NCBI GenBank assembly: GCA_963721525.1
Contig: CAVRJL010000016.1
Coordinates: 32,001-96,000 of the forward strand
Direction of reading: 5' to 3'
Source of the DNA: an uncultured Negativicutes bacterium
GTDB taxonomy: Bacteria > Bacillota > Negativicutes > JBAXTZ01
Length of the DNA stretch: 64,000 bases
Positions within the stretch are counted from its first letter, which is position 1; the number at the start of each line of letters is the position of its first letter. Position numbers and translations under genes: made by a program. Under the pieces are notes generated by a model. It was not told the DNA's origin, made no database searches, and worked only from the letters and a program-made list of their open reading frames with translations. Positions 43,007 to 54,108 of this stretch are shown here, piece by piece.

Positions 43007-43519
43007 ATGACAAGGATTGATTATTCGACATTAGAGTTGAAAGAAAAGGTTGTATATATTAACCGTGTTGCAAAAGTTGTAAAGGGAGGCCGTAGATTTT
43101 CTTTTTCTGCCTTAGTGGTTGTTGGGGATGGAAGTGGATATGTAGGTGTTGGCTTAGGCAAAGCTTCTGAAGTTCCTGAAGCAATTCGTAAGGGCGTTCA
43201 AGATGGAAAGAAAAATTTAATAAATGTGCCGATTGTAAACACTACTATTCCTCATGAAATAATAGGATTTTTTGGAGCTGGTAAGGTTTTATTAAAACCG
43301 GCAACGCAAGGTACGGGAGTTATAGCCGGTGGTCCTGTTCGCGCGGTCTTAGAATTAGCGGGAGTTAGGAACATCTTGACAAAATCTTTGGGTTCTTCAA
43401 ACTCTGCCAATATGATAAAGGCTACATTAAATGGATTAGGAATGCTAAAGAAAGTTGATGAAGTTGCTTTATTAAGAGGGCGAAGTATTTCAGATATTTT
43501 GGGAGGTAGAAGAATATAA
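43007..43519 (+). CDS. rpsE: 30S ribosomal protein S5
   Basis: [22 protein letters not shown]. Confidence 0.98.
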   Translation: MTRIDYSTLELKEKVVYINRVAKVVKGGRRFSFSALVVVGDGSGYVGVGLGKASEVPEAIRKGVQDGKKNLINVPIVNTTIPHEIIGFFGAGKVLLKPATQGTGVIAGGPVRAVLELAGVRNILTKSLGSSNSANMIKATLNGLGMLKKVDEVALLRGRSISDILGGRRI

Positions 43520-43701
43520 TGGCAAAGTTAAAAATTACTTTGAAAAAAAGTTTAATTGGTAGACCAAAAACACAAATAAAAATTGTAGCAGCTTTAGGTT
43601 TAAAAAAAACAAATAGTTCTGTAATAAAAAATAGTGAGGATACTATTTTAGGAATGCTTAAAAAAGTAAACCATTTAGTTTGTATCGAAAATGTGGAATA
43701 A
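43519..43701 (+). CDS. rpmD: 50S ribosomal protein L30
   Basis: [17 protein letters not shown]; operon position. Confidence 0.95.
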   Translation: MAKLKITLKKSLIGRPKTQIKIVAALGLKKTNSSVIKNSEDTILGMLKKVNHLVCIENVE

Positions 43702-43718
43702 GTTAGAGGAGAATTGAC

Positions 43719-44159
43719 ATGAAACTACATGAATTATCTCCAGCAATGGGCTCAATTAAGAGTCGTGTGCGTGTAGGACGCGGTTTGGGATCTGGTGTAG
43801 GAAAAACATCAGGGCGAGGGCAAAAAGGACAAAAAGCTCGTGCGGGAGGAGGTGTAAGAATCGGGTTTGAAGGGGGACAGATGCCTTTGTATAGGCGTTT
43901 ACCCAAACGTGGATTTCATAATAAATGGGGAACAGAGATAGTTATAATCAATGTAGGATTATTAGAAAAATTTAAATCTAATACAATAATTGATCCTGTA
44001 ATGTTAATACGGACAGGAATAATAAAAAAGGTCAAAGATGGAATAAAAATTTTAGGTAGCGGCGAAATAACAAAGCCTTTTATTGTGAAGGCACAAGCTT
44101 TTTCTAAATCTGCCAGAGAAAAAATAGAATCTGTAGGCGGAAAAGCTGAGGTGATTTAA
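43719..44159 (+). CDS. rplO: 50S ribosomal protein L15
   Basis: [23 protein letters not shown]. Confidence 0.98.
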   Translation: MKLHELSPAMGSIKSRVRVGRGLGSGVGKTSGRGQKGQKARAGGGVRIGFEGGQMPLYRRLPKRGFHNKWGTEIVIINVGLLEKFKSNTIIDPVMLIRTGIIKKVKDGIKILGSGEITKPFIVKAQAFSKSAREKIESVGGKAEVI

Positions 44160-45419
44160 TTGATTTCGGAATTAAAAAGTATTTGGTCAGCAATGGAATT
44201 AAGACGAAAAATAAAGTTTACTTTATTTATGTTTTTAATTTTTCGCTTTGGTTCTCATTTAACGGTCCCTGGAATAGATATAAGCAAATTGGCTAAAATG
44301 TTTGGAAAAAATAGCTTATTTGACTTGATGGATTTATTCGCTGGTGGTTCGTTTTCTAAGTTTTCCATATTTGCTATGAGTATCACGCCTTATATTAACG
44401 CATCTATCATTATGCAGTTGCTTGGAATTTTGATACCTACAATCCACCGTTGGGGTAAAGATGAGGGGGATGAAGGTCAAAAAAAACTTATACAATGTAT
44501 ACGTTATGGCACTGTAGTTCTTGCCTTTATTCAAGGAATAGGATTATCTTACGGATTTTCTGCCGCTCTAGTTAATGAAGGGATAAATTTACATCTGTTG
44601 ATTGCTACAATTTTGACGGCTGGGACAGTATTTTTAATGTGGATTGGGGAACAAATTACTGACAAAGGCATAGGCAATGGTATATCTTTGATTATTTTTG
44701 TTGGAATTATATCCGGATTGCCAAGTGGAATAAGTACTATCATAAAGTATGTTTCTGCTGGCACGATTAATATTTTATCGGTTTTATTGTTTATGTTTTT
44801 AGCAATATTAATGATAATATTTGTTATTTTTATTCAGCAAGGGCAAAGAAAAATTCCTGTTCAGTATGCTAAACGAATGGTTGGCCGTAAAGTTTATGGA
44901 GGACATTCAACATATATACCTTTGAAGGTAAATCAATCAGGAGTCATACCAATTATATTCGCTTCTTCTATTTTAATGTTTCCGCTTACTTTAGTTCAAT
45001 TTATAAATGTTGCTTGGATAAAAACAATAGCAACTTATATTTCTTGGGGAACGTTTATACATAGTTTTTTTTATGTTATTTTGATAATTATGTTTACTTA
45101 TTTTTATACAAGTGTTACTTTTAATACTGAAGATATTGCTGATAATATGAGAAAATATGGAGGATTTATTCCAGGGTTAAGACCTGGTAAGTCCACAGCA
45201 GAATATTTGTACAAAGTTATGTTTCGCATAACTTTACCGGGAGCTGTTTTTTTGGCAATAATTGCAGTATTACCAAATTTTATGGGTTGGATTAGTGGAA
45301 TTCCAGGGATATACTTTGGCGGAACAGCATTATTGATTATTGTAGGCGTAGCACTAGATACTATGAAACAAATTGAATCAATAATATTACAACGTCAATA
45401 TAAAGGATTTATGAAATAA
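44160..45419 (+). CDS. secY: Preprotein translocase SecY
   Basis: SITPYINASII, GIGNGISLII, FIPGLRPG, FGGTALLI. Confidence 0.98.
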   Translation: MISELKSIWSAMELRRKIKFTLFMFLIFRFGSHLTVPGIDISKLAKMFGKNSLFDLMDLFAGGSFSKFSIFAMSITPYINASIIMQLLGILIPTIHRWGKDEGDEGQKKLIQCIRYGTVVLAFIQGIGLSYGFSAALVNEGINLHLLIATILTAGTVFLMWIGEQITDKGIGNGISLIIFVGIISGLPSGISTIIKYVSAGTINILSVLLFMFLAILMIIFVIFIQQGQRKIPVQYAKRMVGRKVYGGHSTYIPLKVNQSGVIPIIFASSILMFPLTLVQFINVAWIKTIATYISWGTFIHSFFYVILIIMFTYFYTSVTFNTEDIADNMRKYGGFIPGLRPGKSTAEYLYKVMFRITLPGAVFLAIIAVLPNFMGWISGIPGIYFGGTALLIIVGVALDTMKQIESIILQRQYKGFMK

Positions 45420-45435
45420 AAGGCGGAATAATATA

Positions 45436-46077
45436 ATGTATTTAATTCTTATAGGAGCACCAGGATCGGGAAAAGGGACTCAGGGGCAAAAGCTTTCTGA
45501 ATATTATAAGATACCACAAATTTCTACTGGTGCTATGTTTCGAGAAGCTATAGAAAGAAGGACATCGGTTGGATTAAAAGTTAAAGAATATATGGGTTCT
45601 GGAAAATTAATTCCTAATGAGTTTGTTTTAGAAATAACTAAAGAAAGATTAAATCAGCAAGACTGCAAAAAAGGATGTATACTTGATGGGGTCCCACGAA
45701 CTATAACCCAAGCTGAAAATTTGGAAAAAGTTTTTTTTCAAAAACAATTAAAACTTATAAAAGCTTTACATATAATTGTATCAGAAGAAAAATTGATCGA
45801 AAGAGCTATTGGGAGACGATTTTGCAAAATTTGTCAAACTACTTATCATATATTATTTAATCCGCCAAAAATTGAAGGAGTTTGTAACCTTGATTCTGGA
45901 AAATTATTTCAACGGTATGATGATAAAGAAGAAACGATAAAAAATAGAATTTTAGAATATAGAAATTTAACTTATCCGTTAGTAGATTATTATAAGAAAA
46001 AAAATATATATTATGCTTTAAATGGTTTACAATCAATTGATAAAGTTTTTTTAGATATTCTTTCAGTTTTGAAATAG
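45436..46077 (+). CDS. adk: Adenylate kinase
   Basis: GAPGSGKGTQ, LDGVPRT, lid zinc motif. Confidence 0.97.
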   Translation: MYLILIGAPGSGKGTQGQKLSEYYKIPQISTGAMFREAIERRTSVGLKVKEYMGSGKLIPNEFVLEITKERLNQQDCKKGCILDGVPRTITQAENLEKVFFQKQLKLIKALHIIVSEEKLIERAIGRRFCKICQTTYHILFNPPKIEGVCNLDSGKLFQRYDDKEETIKNRILEYRNLTYPLVDYYKKKNIYYALNGLQSIDKVFLDILSVLK

Positions 46078-46095
46078 AGTGGTATAAAATAATAA

Positions 46096-46842
46096 ATGAT
46101 AATTATAAAAAATATTAAAGAAATAGGATATATGCGTAATGTTGGGAAATTAGCAGCAGAGACTCTAAAGCTAGTAGGTTCGTTTGTTAAGGTAGGTACT
46201 ACTACGAATAAACTTAATTTTTTAGCAGAAGAATTTATATTGAAAAAAGGAGCTTTGCCTTCTTTTAAAGGATATAATGGATTTCCGGCGATTATATGTA
46301 CATCGATTAATGAAGAAGTTGTACATGGAATACCAAGTGAGCGTGAATTGGTTGAGGGAGATATAGTTAGTATAGATGTAGGAGTGTATTTAAATGGATT
46401 TCACGCCGACGTTTCTGCTACATTTGCTGTTGGTGAAATACCGTTTTGCACAAAACAGTTATTACAAGTTACGAAAAAGTCTTTATATAAGGGAATTTAT
46501 TCGGCGACCGCGGGGAATAGAATAGGAGATATATCTTATTCTATTCAATCTTATTGTGAATCTTTCGGTTATGGAATTGTAAAAGATATGTGCGGACATG
46601 GCATAGGAAGAAATTTACATGAAGAACCTGAAGTTCCTAATTTTGGTAAGTGCAAAACAGGAGTAAAACTTATACCAGGTATGACTTTAGCAATTGAACC
46701 TATGGTAAATATGGGAAAAGATGAGATAGAAGTTTTAGATGATAATTGGACAGTAGTAACAAAAGATTATATGATATCAGCGCATTTTGAACATACTATA
46801 TTGATTACCGAAAATGAACCAGAAATTTTAACCATTAGTTAA
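46096..46842 (+). CDS. map: Methionine aminopeptidase type I
   Basis: CTSINEEVVHGIP, GHGIG, AIEPM, SAHFEHT. Confidence 0.98.
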   Translation: MIIIKNIKEIGYMRNVGKLAAETLKLVGSFVKVGTTTNKLNFLAEEFILKKGALPSFKGYNGFPAIICTSINEEVVHGIPSERELVEGDIVSIDVGVYLNGFHADVSATFAVGEIPFCTKQLLQVTKKSLYKGIYSATAGNRIGDISYSIQSYCESFGYGIVKDMCGHGIGRNLHEEPEVPNFGKCKTGVKLIPGMTLAIEPMVNMGKDEIEVLDDNWTVVTKDYMISAHFEHTILITENEPEILTIS

Positions 46843-46866
46843 GGCGTAAACGAGGAGGATTTATCT

Positions 46867-47085
46867 ATGTCTAAGCAAGATATAATCGAGATAGAAGGAA
46901 TTGTAATGGAATCATTGCCTAATGCTATGTTTAAAGTTAAAATAGAAAATGGTCATATTATTTTAGCACATGTCTCAGGCAAAATTAGAACAAATTTTAT
47001 TAGAATTTTATCTGGAGATAAAGTTCTTGTAGAACTTACGCCTTATGATTTAACACGTGGCCGTATTACTTATCGGTTTAAATAG
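46867..47085 (+). CDS. infA: Translation initiation factor IF-1
   Basis: [23 protein letters not shown]. Confidence 0.98.
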   Translation: MSKQDIIEIEGIVMESLPNAMFKVKIENGHIILAHVSGKIRTNFIRILSGDKVLVELTPYDLTRGRITYRFK

Positions 47086-47098
47086 GGAGGAATTTTGA

Positions 47099-47212
47099 AT
47101 GAAAATTAGATCGTCCGTAAAACCAATATGTGAAAAATGTAAAATTATTAAACGTAAGGGTAAAATAATGGTTATTTGTGAAAATCCAAAACATAAACAA
47201 AAACAAGGATAA
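47099..47212 (+). CDS. rpmJ: 50S ribosomal protein L36
   Basis: [37 protein letters not shown] (37 aa, below the ORF-track cutoff). Confidence 0.97.
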   Translation: MKIRSSVKPICEKCKIIKRKGKIMVICENPKHKQKQG

Positions 47213-47229
47213 GGGGGAATAAAATAGTT

Positions 47230-47601
47230 ATGGCGCGTATTGCCGGCGTTGATTTACCAAGAAATAAGAGAATGGAATATGCTTTACCATATATTTATGG
47301 AATTGGTTTGATTTTATCTCAAGAAATATTAAAATCTATAGCTATTAATTTTAATACTCGTGTTAAAGATTTAACAGAAGAAGAAGTAGCTAAATTACGT
47401 GAATATATTGATAAGAATTATAAGGTGGAAGGAGATTTACGTCGTGAAGAACAATTAAATATTAAGAGATTAATTGAAATAGGTTCATATCGTGGACGTC
47501 GTCACCGCATGAGTCTGCCTACTAGAGGACAAAGGTCGAAAACTAATGCACGTACTTGTAAAGGTCCACGACGTACTACAGGTGCTAAGCGAAAAAAATA
47601 A
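47230..47601 (+). CDS. rpsM: 30S ribosomal protein S13
   Basis: [26 protein letters not shown]. Confidence 0.98.
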   Translation: MARIAGVDLPRNKRMEYALPYIYGIGLILSQEILKSIAINFNTRVKDLTEEEVAKLREYIDKNYKVEGDLRREEQLNIKRLIEIGSYRGRRHRMSLPTRGQRSKTNARTCKGPRRTTGAKRKK

Positions 47602-47619
47602 TAAAAGGAGGAGAAAATT

Positions 47620-48011
47620 TTGGCAATCAAAAAGTCGATGAAAACGAAAAAAAAGAATATAAAAATATTGATCATGGAGATGCACATATTCATTCTACTT
47701 TTAATAATACTATAGTAACAATTACCGATAAAGTAGGTAATTGTATTGCTTGGTCAAGTGCTGGTATTTTGGGATTTAAAGGTTCAAGGAAAAGCACTCC
47801 TTTTGCTGCGGGTATTGTTGCCGAAAAAGCAAGTAGGACAGCTATAGAACACGGCTTAAAGATAGTGGATGTTTTTGTTAATGGACCGGGTGCAGGACGC
47901 GAAGCAGCAATACGTTCATTACAAATGACGGGTTTGGATGTTTCTTCTATAAAAGATGTAACTCCTATTCCACATAATGGTTGTCGTCCACCTAAACGTA
48001 GAAGAGTATAA
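47620..48011 (+). CDS. rpsK: 30S ribosomal protein S11, frameshifted in an A8 tract at 47647-47654
   Basis: TTG start after aggagg; one extra A gives [22 protein letters not shown]...[10 protein letters not shown]...[13 protein letters not shown]. Confidence 0.93.
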
Positions 48012-48030
48012 ATGGAGGAAATAGAAACAA

Positions 48031-48663
48031 ATGGCAAGATATATTGGAGCGTTATGTAGATTATGTCGTCGTGAAGGAGGTAAGCTATTTCTGAAAGGTG
48101 ATAAATGTTATAGTGTTAAATGTCCAATTTTAAGGAGAACTTATGCTCCTGGACAGCACGGATTAGGAAGGAAAAAGAAACTTTCAGAATATGGTATTCA
48201 ATTACGCGAAAAACAAAAAGCTCGTCGTATATATGGACTTACTGAAAATCAATTTAGGCTTACTTTTGGTAAAGCTGAAAGAATGAAAGGAATAACAGGA
48301 GAAAATCTACTAATAACCTTAGAAAGAAGGTTAGATAATGTTATTTATAGGATGGGTATGGCTGATAATAGAAATCAAGCACGCCAAATGGTTCGGCATG
48401 GGTTTTTTTTAGTAAAAAATACAAGAGTAAATATACCGTCTTATCTTGTAAAAATAAATGATGACATTACGGTGGCTGAAGATCGTAAAGAGTCGTCTTT
48501 AATCAAAGCCATAGCAGATGCTTTGCCTCGTAGAGGAACTTTAGCCCAATGGATGGAAATAGACACAAATAATTTAAATGCTCGTATTTCTCGTTTTCCT
48601 AATCGGGATGAAATAATAATTCCATTACAAGAACAATTAATAGTGGAATTATATTCCCGATAA
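48031..48663 (+). CDS. rpsD: 30S ribosomal protein S4
   Basis: [34 protein letters not shown]. Confidence 0.98.
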   Translation: MARYIGALCRLCRREGGKLFLKGDKCYSVKCPILRRTYAPGQHGLGRKKKLSEYGIQLREKQKARRIYGLTENQFRLTFGKAERMKGITGENLLITLERRLDNVIYRMGMADNRNQARQMVRHGFFLVKNTRVNIPSYLVKINDDITVAEDRKESSLIKAIADALPRRGTLAQWMEIDTNNLNARISRFPNRDEIIIPLQEQLIVELYSR

Positions 48664-48708
48664 CATACGCTACAATTGCTACAATAGAAAAATTGGGAGA
48701 AATGTAAC

Positions 48709-49683
48709 ATGGTAGAAAGTAAGCAATCTAAAATAAGTTTGATTGATTCTAACGATTCTAACGTAAAGAATACATATGGGCGTTTTGTATGGGAGCCATT
48801 ACCACGTGGGCATGGAATTACATTAGGTAATAGTTTACGAAGAATTTTGATGTCTAGTCTTCCGGGAGCAGCAGTTACCTCAATAAACATAGAAGGAATT
48901 TTACACGAGTTTTCAACTGTAGTTGGAGTACGAGAAGATGTAACAGATATAGTATTGAATATAAAGTCTTTACGCTTACGTATTGATTCGAAAGAGCCAT
49001 GTAAAATTAAAATAGATTATAAAGGACAAGGTATAATAAAAGCGAGTGATATAATTTGTCCACCAGAAGTCAGTATCCTTAATCCTGAATTATATATCGC
49101 CTCTTTAGAAAAAGAGGGAGAGTTAAAAATTACTATGAACGTACAAACTGGTATAGGATATGTGTCGGCAGAGAAAAATAAAAATTCAAGTGTATCCATT
49201 GGAGAAATATACGTTGATTCAATATTTACTCCTATTATAAGAGTAAATTATGATATTTCGGATACACGTGTAGGAAATGTTACAAATTTTGATAAATTAA
49301 CGCTTGATATTTGGACAGATGGAAGCATAACTCCGAGTTACGCTCTTGGAAAGACAGCAGGAATATTTATTGAATATATGCAACAAGTTACTAATTTAGC
49401 AGGTATTGAGGTTGTTCATGAAAATATAGGCAATTTTAATCAAGTTAGTAGGTTAGATAATGATCACCAATTGATTCCTATAGATGATGTTGAATTTTCT
49501 GTCAGGGCAAAAAATTGTTTAGCACGTACAGGTGTTAAATATTTACATGAAATAAGTAATTTAACTGAAATGGAACTAAATAATATTAAAAACGCGGGTA
49601 AAAAAACAATTGATGAAATTAAAGCTAAATTAATTTCATCAGGAATGAGTTTACGAACAACTACTAAAGGAGGCATTCTATAG
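48709..49683 (+). CDS. rpoA: RNA polymerase alpha subunit
   Basis: EPLPRGHGITLGNSLRRIL, GVREDV, SVRAKNCL. Confidence 0.98.
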   Translation: MVESKQSKISLIDSNDSNVKNTYGRFVWEPLPRGHGITLGNSLRRILMSSLPGAAVTSINIEGILHEFSTVVGVREDVTDIVLNIKSLRLRIDSKEPCKIKIDYKGQGIIKASDIICPPEVSILNPELYIASLEKEGELKITMNVQTGIGYVSAEKNKNSSVSIGEIYVDSIFTPIIRVNYDISDTRVGNVTNFDKLTLDIWTDGSITPSYALGKTAGIFIEYMQQVTNLAGIEVVHENIGNFNQVSRLDNDHQLIPIDDVEFSVRAKNCLARTGVKYLHEISNLTEMELNNIKNAGKKTIDEIKAKLISSGMSLRTTTKGGIL

Positions 49684-50022
49684 ATGGTACGAAGAAGGCT
49701 TGGCAGAGATAGCAGTGCATTGCGTGCTTTACTGAGGGGAATTACGACTTCTTTTTTGTTACACGGAAAAATTAAAACAACAGCAGCGAAAGCTAAGGAA
49801 TTAGTTAGGTGTGCATCAAAAATGATAACTTTGGCTAAACGCGGCGATTTGCACGCTCATAGACAAATTCTAGCATTTATAACAGACAAAAAAGTTGCAA
49901 AAAAATTATTGGAAGAAATAGCCCCAAAATATGTTGATCGTAATGGTGGATATACTAGAATATACAAGTTAGGTACTCGTCGTGGTGATTGTGCTCCACT
50001 TACGTTTATTGAGTTAGTGTAA
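49684..50022 (+). CDS. rplQ: 50S ribosomal protein L17
   Basis: [22 protein letters not shown]. Confidence 0.97.
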   Translation: MVRRRLGRDSSALRALLRGITTSFLLHGKIKTTAAKAKELVRCASKMITLAKRGDLHAHRQILAFITDKKVAKKLLEEIAPKYVDRNGGYTRIYKLGTRRGDCAPLTFIELV

Positions 50023-50188
50023 GGTATATTTTTAATAAATACAAATAAGTATTTTAAAAGAAATTTATTTTAAGTTAGGACTTGATTTTTTTTATTTTTT
50101 ATTAAATAATTTAAAATATAAATTTAGTATATTAAAAAAACATTTACCCTTTCCCTGCGGAGAGGGTTTCTAAGTTTTTGAGGGTAAA

Positions 50189-51025
50189 ATGGATTTTATA
50201 AAATGCGAAAACTTAAATTATGTATATAAAGAAAAATACAAAGAAGGAAAAGCTATCATAGCCTTAAATAATATAAACTTAACTGTAAAAGAAAACGAAT
50301 TTATCGTCATTTTAGGAGGAAATGGATCTGGAAAATCATCTTTAGCAAAACATTTTAATGCTTTATTAACGCCTAGTGCAGGAAAATGCTTTATTAAGGG
50401 CAAAGATACTTCTGATTTAGAGGAAATTTGGAATATTAGGCAACTTGTAGGTATGGTATTTCAAAATCCTGATAATCAAATTGTTGCTACAATTGTTGAG
50501 GAAGATGTTGCTTTCGGCCCAGAAAATATTGGAATGGAATCTACAGAAATCCGCAAAAAAGTAAATGAAGTGTTAAAAATTGTAGGAATGAGCGACTATA
50601 AACTCCATAAAATTCACCATTTATCAGGGGGGCAAAAACAAAGAATAGCAATAGCAGGAGCGCTTGCTTTAGATGCACAATGTCTTGTTTTAGATGAACC
50701 AACGGCAATGCTTGATCCTAAAGGACGTAATGAGGTATTGGATACTTTAATAAAATTAAATACAAAAAAAAATAAAACTATCATCCACATTACACATTAT
50801 ATGGAAGAAGCCTTAATAGCAGATAGAATTATTGTTATGTCTAAAGGTAAAATTTTGATTGATGATTTACCCATAAATATTTTTTCAAATACCGAGCTTG
50901 TTGAATATGCTAAGCTTGATGTTCCCTTAGCAATTGATTTGGCAAATAAAATTCGTTTGTTAGGAATATCTATGCCGAAAGGGATAATAAATAAAGAACA
51001 ATTATTGGAGTTTTTATGTCCATAG
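50189..51025 (+). CDS. ecfA1: ECF transporter ATPase EcfA1
   Basis: GGNGSGKS, VFQNPDNQ, LSGGQKQR, DEPTAMLDP. Confidence 0.95.
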   Translation: MDFIKCENLNYVYKEKYKEGKAIIALNNINLTVKENEFIVILGGNGSGKSSLAKHFNALLTPSAGKCFIKGKDTSDLEEIWNIRQLVGMVFQNPDNQIVATIVEEDVAFGPENIGMESTEIRKKVNEVLKIVGMSDYKLHKIHHLSGGQKQRIAIAGALALDAQCLVLDEPTAMLDPKGRNEVLDTLIKLNTKKNKTIIHITHYMEEALIADRIIVMSKGKILIDDLPINIFSNTELVEYAKLDVPLAIDLANKIRLLGISMPKGIINKEQLLEFLCP

Positions 51026-51882
51026 TTATAGAAAATGTTAATTTCACTTATATGAAAAAAACTCCTTTTGAAAAACGAGTTTTGGCAGATATAAATATTA
51101 CTATTGAAAAAGGAGAAATTATAGGACTTATTGGACATACAGGTTCTGGAAAATCAACTCTTATTCAACATTTCAATGGTTTATTAAAACCAGATAGCGG
51201 AAATGTTTTCATAAATGGAATTAATATAAATAAACGCTCTAAAGAAGCTCTAATACAAAAACGTAAAGTCGGATTAGTATTTCAGTACCCTGAATATCAA
51301 TTATTTGAAGAAACAATAGGAGATGATATAAGGTTTGGACCAAAAAACTATGGATTAGATACGAAGGAAATAGAAAAAAGAGTGAGGTTTTCCATGGAGG
51401 TTGTAGGATTAAGCTACCATGAATATGTAAATCGTTCACCTTTTTTCTTATCGGGTGGTCAAAGGAGAAGAGTAGCATTGGCAGGAATACTGGTATTAGA
51501 GCCAGAATATTTGATTTTAGATGAACCATCTTCAGGGTTGGACCCGAATGGAAAGCGTTATATACTTGATAAAATTTCAGAAATACAAAAAAAAAGAGGT
51601 TGTACAGTAGTAATGATTTCTCATGACATGGAGGAAATAGCAAAATATACGAACAGAATAATAGTAATGAATAATAAGCGAATAATTCTTGATAATAAGA
51701 AAGAGTTTATTTTTAAAAAAATTGTAAAGTTACAAAAAATTGGGTTAGATATACCAGATATAATAAAAATAATGAGAACAGCAAAGCAAAGAGGATTAAA
51801 CGTGAAAGAAAATATCTTTGATCGTCAAGAAGGTGCTGAACAATTGGCTAAAGCGTATAGAGAGAAAATAAATGTTGAATGA
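51016..51882 (+). CDS. ecfA2: ECF transporter ATPase EcfA2
   Basis: GHTGSGKST, VFQYPEYQLFEE, LSGGQRRR. Confidence 0.95.
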   Translation: MSIVIENVNFTYMKKTPFEKRVLADINITIEKGEIIGLIGHTGSGKSTLIQHFNGLLKPDSGNVFINGININKRSKEALIQKRKVGLVFQYPEYQLFEETIGDDIRFGPKNYGLDTKEIEKRVRFSMEVVGLSYHEYVNRSPFFLSGGQRRRVALAGILVLEPEYLILDEPSSGLDPNGKRYILDKISEIQKKRGCTVVMISHDMEEIAKYTNRIIVMNNKRIILDNKKEFIFKKIVKLQKIGLDIPDIIKIMRTAKQRGLNVKENIFDRQEGAEQLAKAYREKINVE

Positions 51883-52690
51883 CATTACAATAGGACAGTT
51901 TTTTCCTGGAAATAGTTTTATTCATAAACTGGATCCTAGAACAAAAATTGCTTTATGTGTAGCATATATAATTATTCTTTTTTTTCTTGTTAGTTCAATA
52001 GTATACACTTTTAATTTTATAGTAGTTTTTGCAATACTTTTAATAGCTAAAATTCCATTAAAAATGATAATAAAATCAATAAAACCTCTTTATTTTATAA
52101 TAGTGATAACATTTGTGTTTCAGATTTTTTCAACTAATGGCAAAAATATTATTAAGTGGCATTTTTTAACAATAACTAAAGAAGGAGTATTTAGTGGAAT
52201 AACGCTATCCTCGAGATTAATTTTATTAATACTAATGTCTTCTTTATTAACTTATACTACTTCTCCGCTTGATTTTACTGATGCTATTGAAAAATTATTA
52301 AATCCATTAAAAAAAATAAAAGTTCCAGCACACGAAATAGCTATGATTATGACAATAGCACTAAGATTTATTCCTACTTTGATAGAAGAGCTTGACCGCA
52401 TAATAAAAGCACAACAATCTCGTGGCGCAAATTTTACTCAAGGTAGTTTAATAAGACGTATGCAACATATTATTCCTATATTAGTTCCGCTTTTTATCAG
52501 TGCTTTTAGACGCGCAGATGAATTAGCAATAGCTATGGAAGCTCGTTGTTACCGCGGCGGACATGGCCGCACTAAGATGAAAAAATTGTTTTTTACTTGG
52601 AGAGATGGAATAGCTGTACTATATTTCATTTTTATAATTATTGTAATAACTTCTATTTATCATTATTCTTATACTAAAAACTTATTCTAA
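51872..52690 (+). CDS. ecfT: ECF transporter transmembrane subunit EcfT
   Basis: LDPRTK, ALRFIP, AQQSRG, AMEARCY. Confidence 0.95.
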   Translation: MLNDITIGQFFPGNSFIHKLDPRTKIALCVAYIIILFFLVSSIVYTFNFIVVFAILLIAKIPLKMIIKSIKPLYFIIVITFVFQIFSTNGKNIIKWHFLTITKEGVFSGITLSSRLILLILMSSLLTYTTSPLDFTDAIEKLLNPLKKIKVPAHEIAMIMTIALRFIPTLIEELDRIIKAQQSRGANFTQGSLIRRMQHIIPILVPLFISAFRRADELAIAMEARCYRGGHGRTKMKKLFFTWRDGIAVLYFIFIIIVITSIYHYSYTKNLF

Positions 52691-52881
52691 AAATTTTAAA
52701 GCATATGAGTACTTTTTAATATTTAATAATTAATCAGTTAGAAATAATAAAAAGATATAAAAAAACGTGTCTGTGTTAGAATAATTATAAAAGAAATGAA
52801 AAAGTTATATATGCTTGTAGTCGGACTAAAGTAATTTTACAGCTTCGTCACAAAAGCTTTATTTAATAAATATAAAAAAAT

Positions 52882-54108
52882 TCATATATAAAATTTTTTA
52901 AGTGTACTGTATATTGGTAATCCATTTTCCCATTTCAACATTGGGGTTCCGCTAATTAAAGGACGAGCGTATTTTATAAAGTCTTCGGTAACATATGTGC
53001 CCTCACTATTTATCATATATTTTGGGACTCTGTTCTCCAAGTTTGCTACGGTGCTTAAATCTACTGTAGTGAAATTTGCTGTGTACGGATCATTGCTTTC
53101 TCTTTTTATTGCTATCATTTTCCCATTTTTACCTTGCATAACGGCGTTAACAGCTCTTTTCCCGCAAATCCATGCTTGAATTATATCAGTGTCACTTGCA
53201 ATATGAGAAGCTGCTCTTTGAGCTGAAGCAGTTATTATAACTCTAGATTTCAAATTTAGTTCTTTATCAATAATATCTTTAAGTATATTTGCACAACCGC
53301 CAAGTCGAGAATGACCGAATTCGTCAGTTTTATTGCTTTTTGCCAATAATTTGCCGTCGTTAGTATGTATTCCTTCAGAAACTACTATTAATACTCTACC
53401 AATTTTTTTGATTGTTTTATTCACATCTTTTATAAAATTTTGTATATTAAAATCTATTTCTGGCAAATATATAAGGTGAGGACCTTGATTTATATAATTA
53501 TTTCTGTTGGCTAAAGAGCTTGCAGCAGCAAGCCATCCTGAGTTTCTTCCCATTGATTCTATTATTACTACGGGAGTTGTTGGTAAGTCTCTTTGATCTA
53601 TATCAACTTCTGCAACTAATGTTGCAAGATATTTAGCAGCTGAAGGATATCCTGGACAATAATCAGTATGAGCAAGATCATTGTCAATTGTTTTTGGAAT
53701 TCCAATACAATACAGATCATAGCTCATTTCAGCAGCAATTTTATTTACTTTATTTGCAGTATCCATGGAGTCATTGCCGCCTATATAAAAGAAATAACGA
53801 ATATTAAATTTTTTTAATGAATTTATCACTGTTTGAAAATCTTCGTTTAACTTAAGTTTATATCTAATGGAGCCGAGAGCGGCTCCGGGAGTATATTTGA
53901 GATTTTCGATTGATTCTTTATCTTCTTTTTTTAAGTCTATTATTTCTCCATTTATTAATCCCCGTATTCCACCTACAGCTCCGTATATATTTTCAAATAA
54001 AATTTTTTCTTTCTGTGTTTCCTGGATTATTCCACAAAGTGAAGAATTTATTACTGCTGTTGGTCCACCGCTTTGCGCTATTAGCACATTCCCTTTTAAT
54101 TTTTTCAT
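52882..54108 (-). CDS. pfp: Pyrophosphate-dependent phosphofructokinase
   Basis: QSGGPTAVIN, GGNDSMDT and PKTIDND (Asp/Lys signature of PPi-PFK), ESMGRNSGW. Confidence 0.9.
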   Translation of the reverse strand: MKKLKGNVLIAQSGGPTAVINSSLCGIIQETQKEKILFENIYGAVGGIRGLINGEIIDLKKEDKESIENLKYTPGAALGSIRYKLKLNEDFQTVINSLKKFNIRYFFYIGGNDSMDTANKVNKIAAEMSYDLYCIGIPKTIDNDLAHTDYCPGYPSAAKYLATLVAEVDIDQRDLPTTPVVIIESMGRNSGWLAAASSLANRNNYINQGPHLIYLPEIDFNIQNFIKDVNKTIKKIGRVLIVVSEGIHTNDGKLLAKSNKTDEFGHSRLGGCANILKDIIDKELNLKSRVIITASAQRAASHIASDTDIIQAWICGKRAVNAVMQGKNGKMIAIKRESNDPYTANFTTVDLSTVANLENRVPKYMINSEGTYVTEDFIKYARPLISGTPMLKWENGLPIYSTLKKFYI

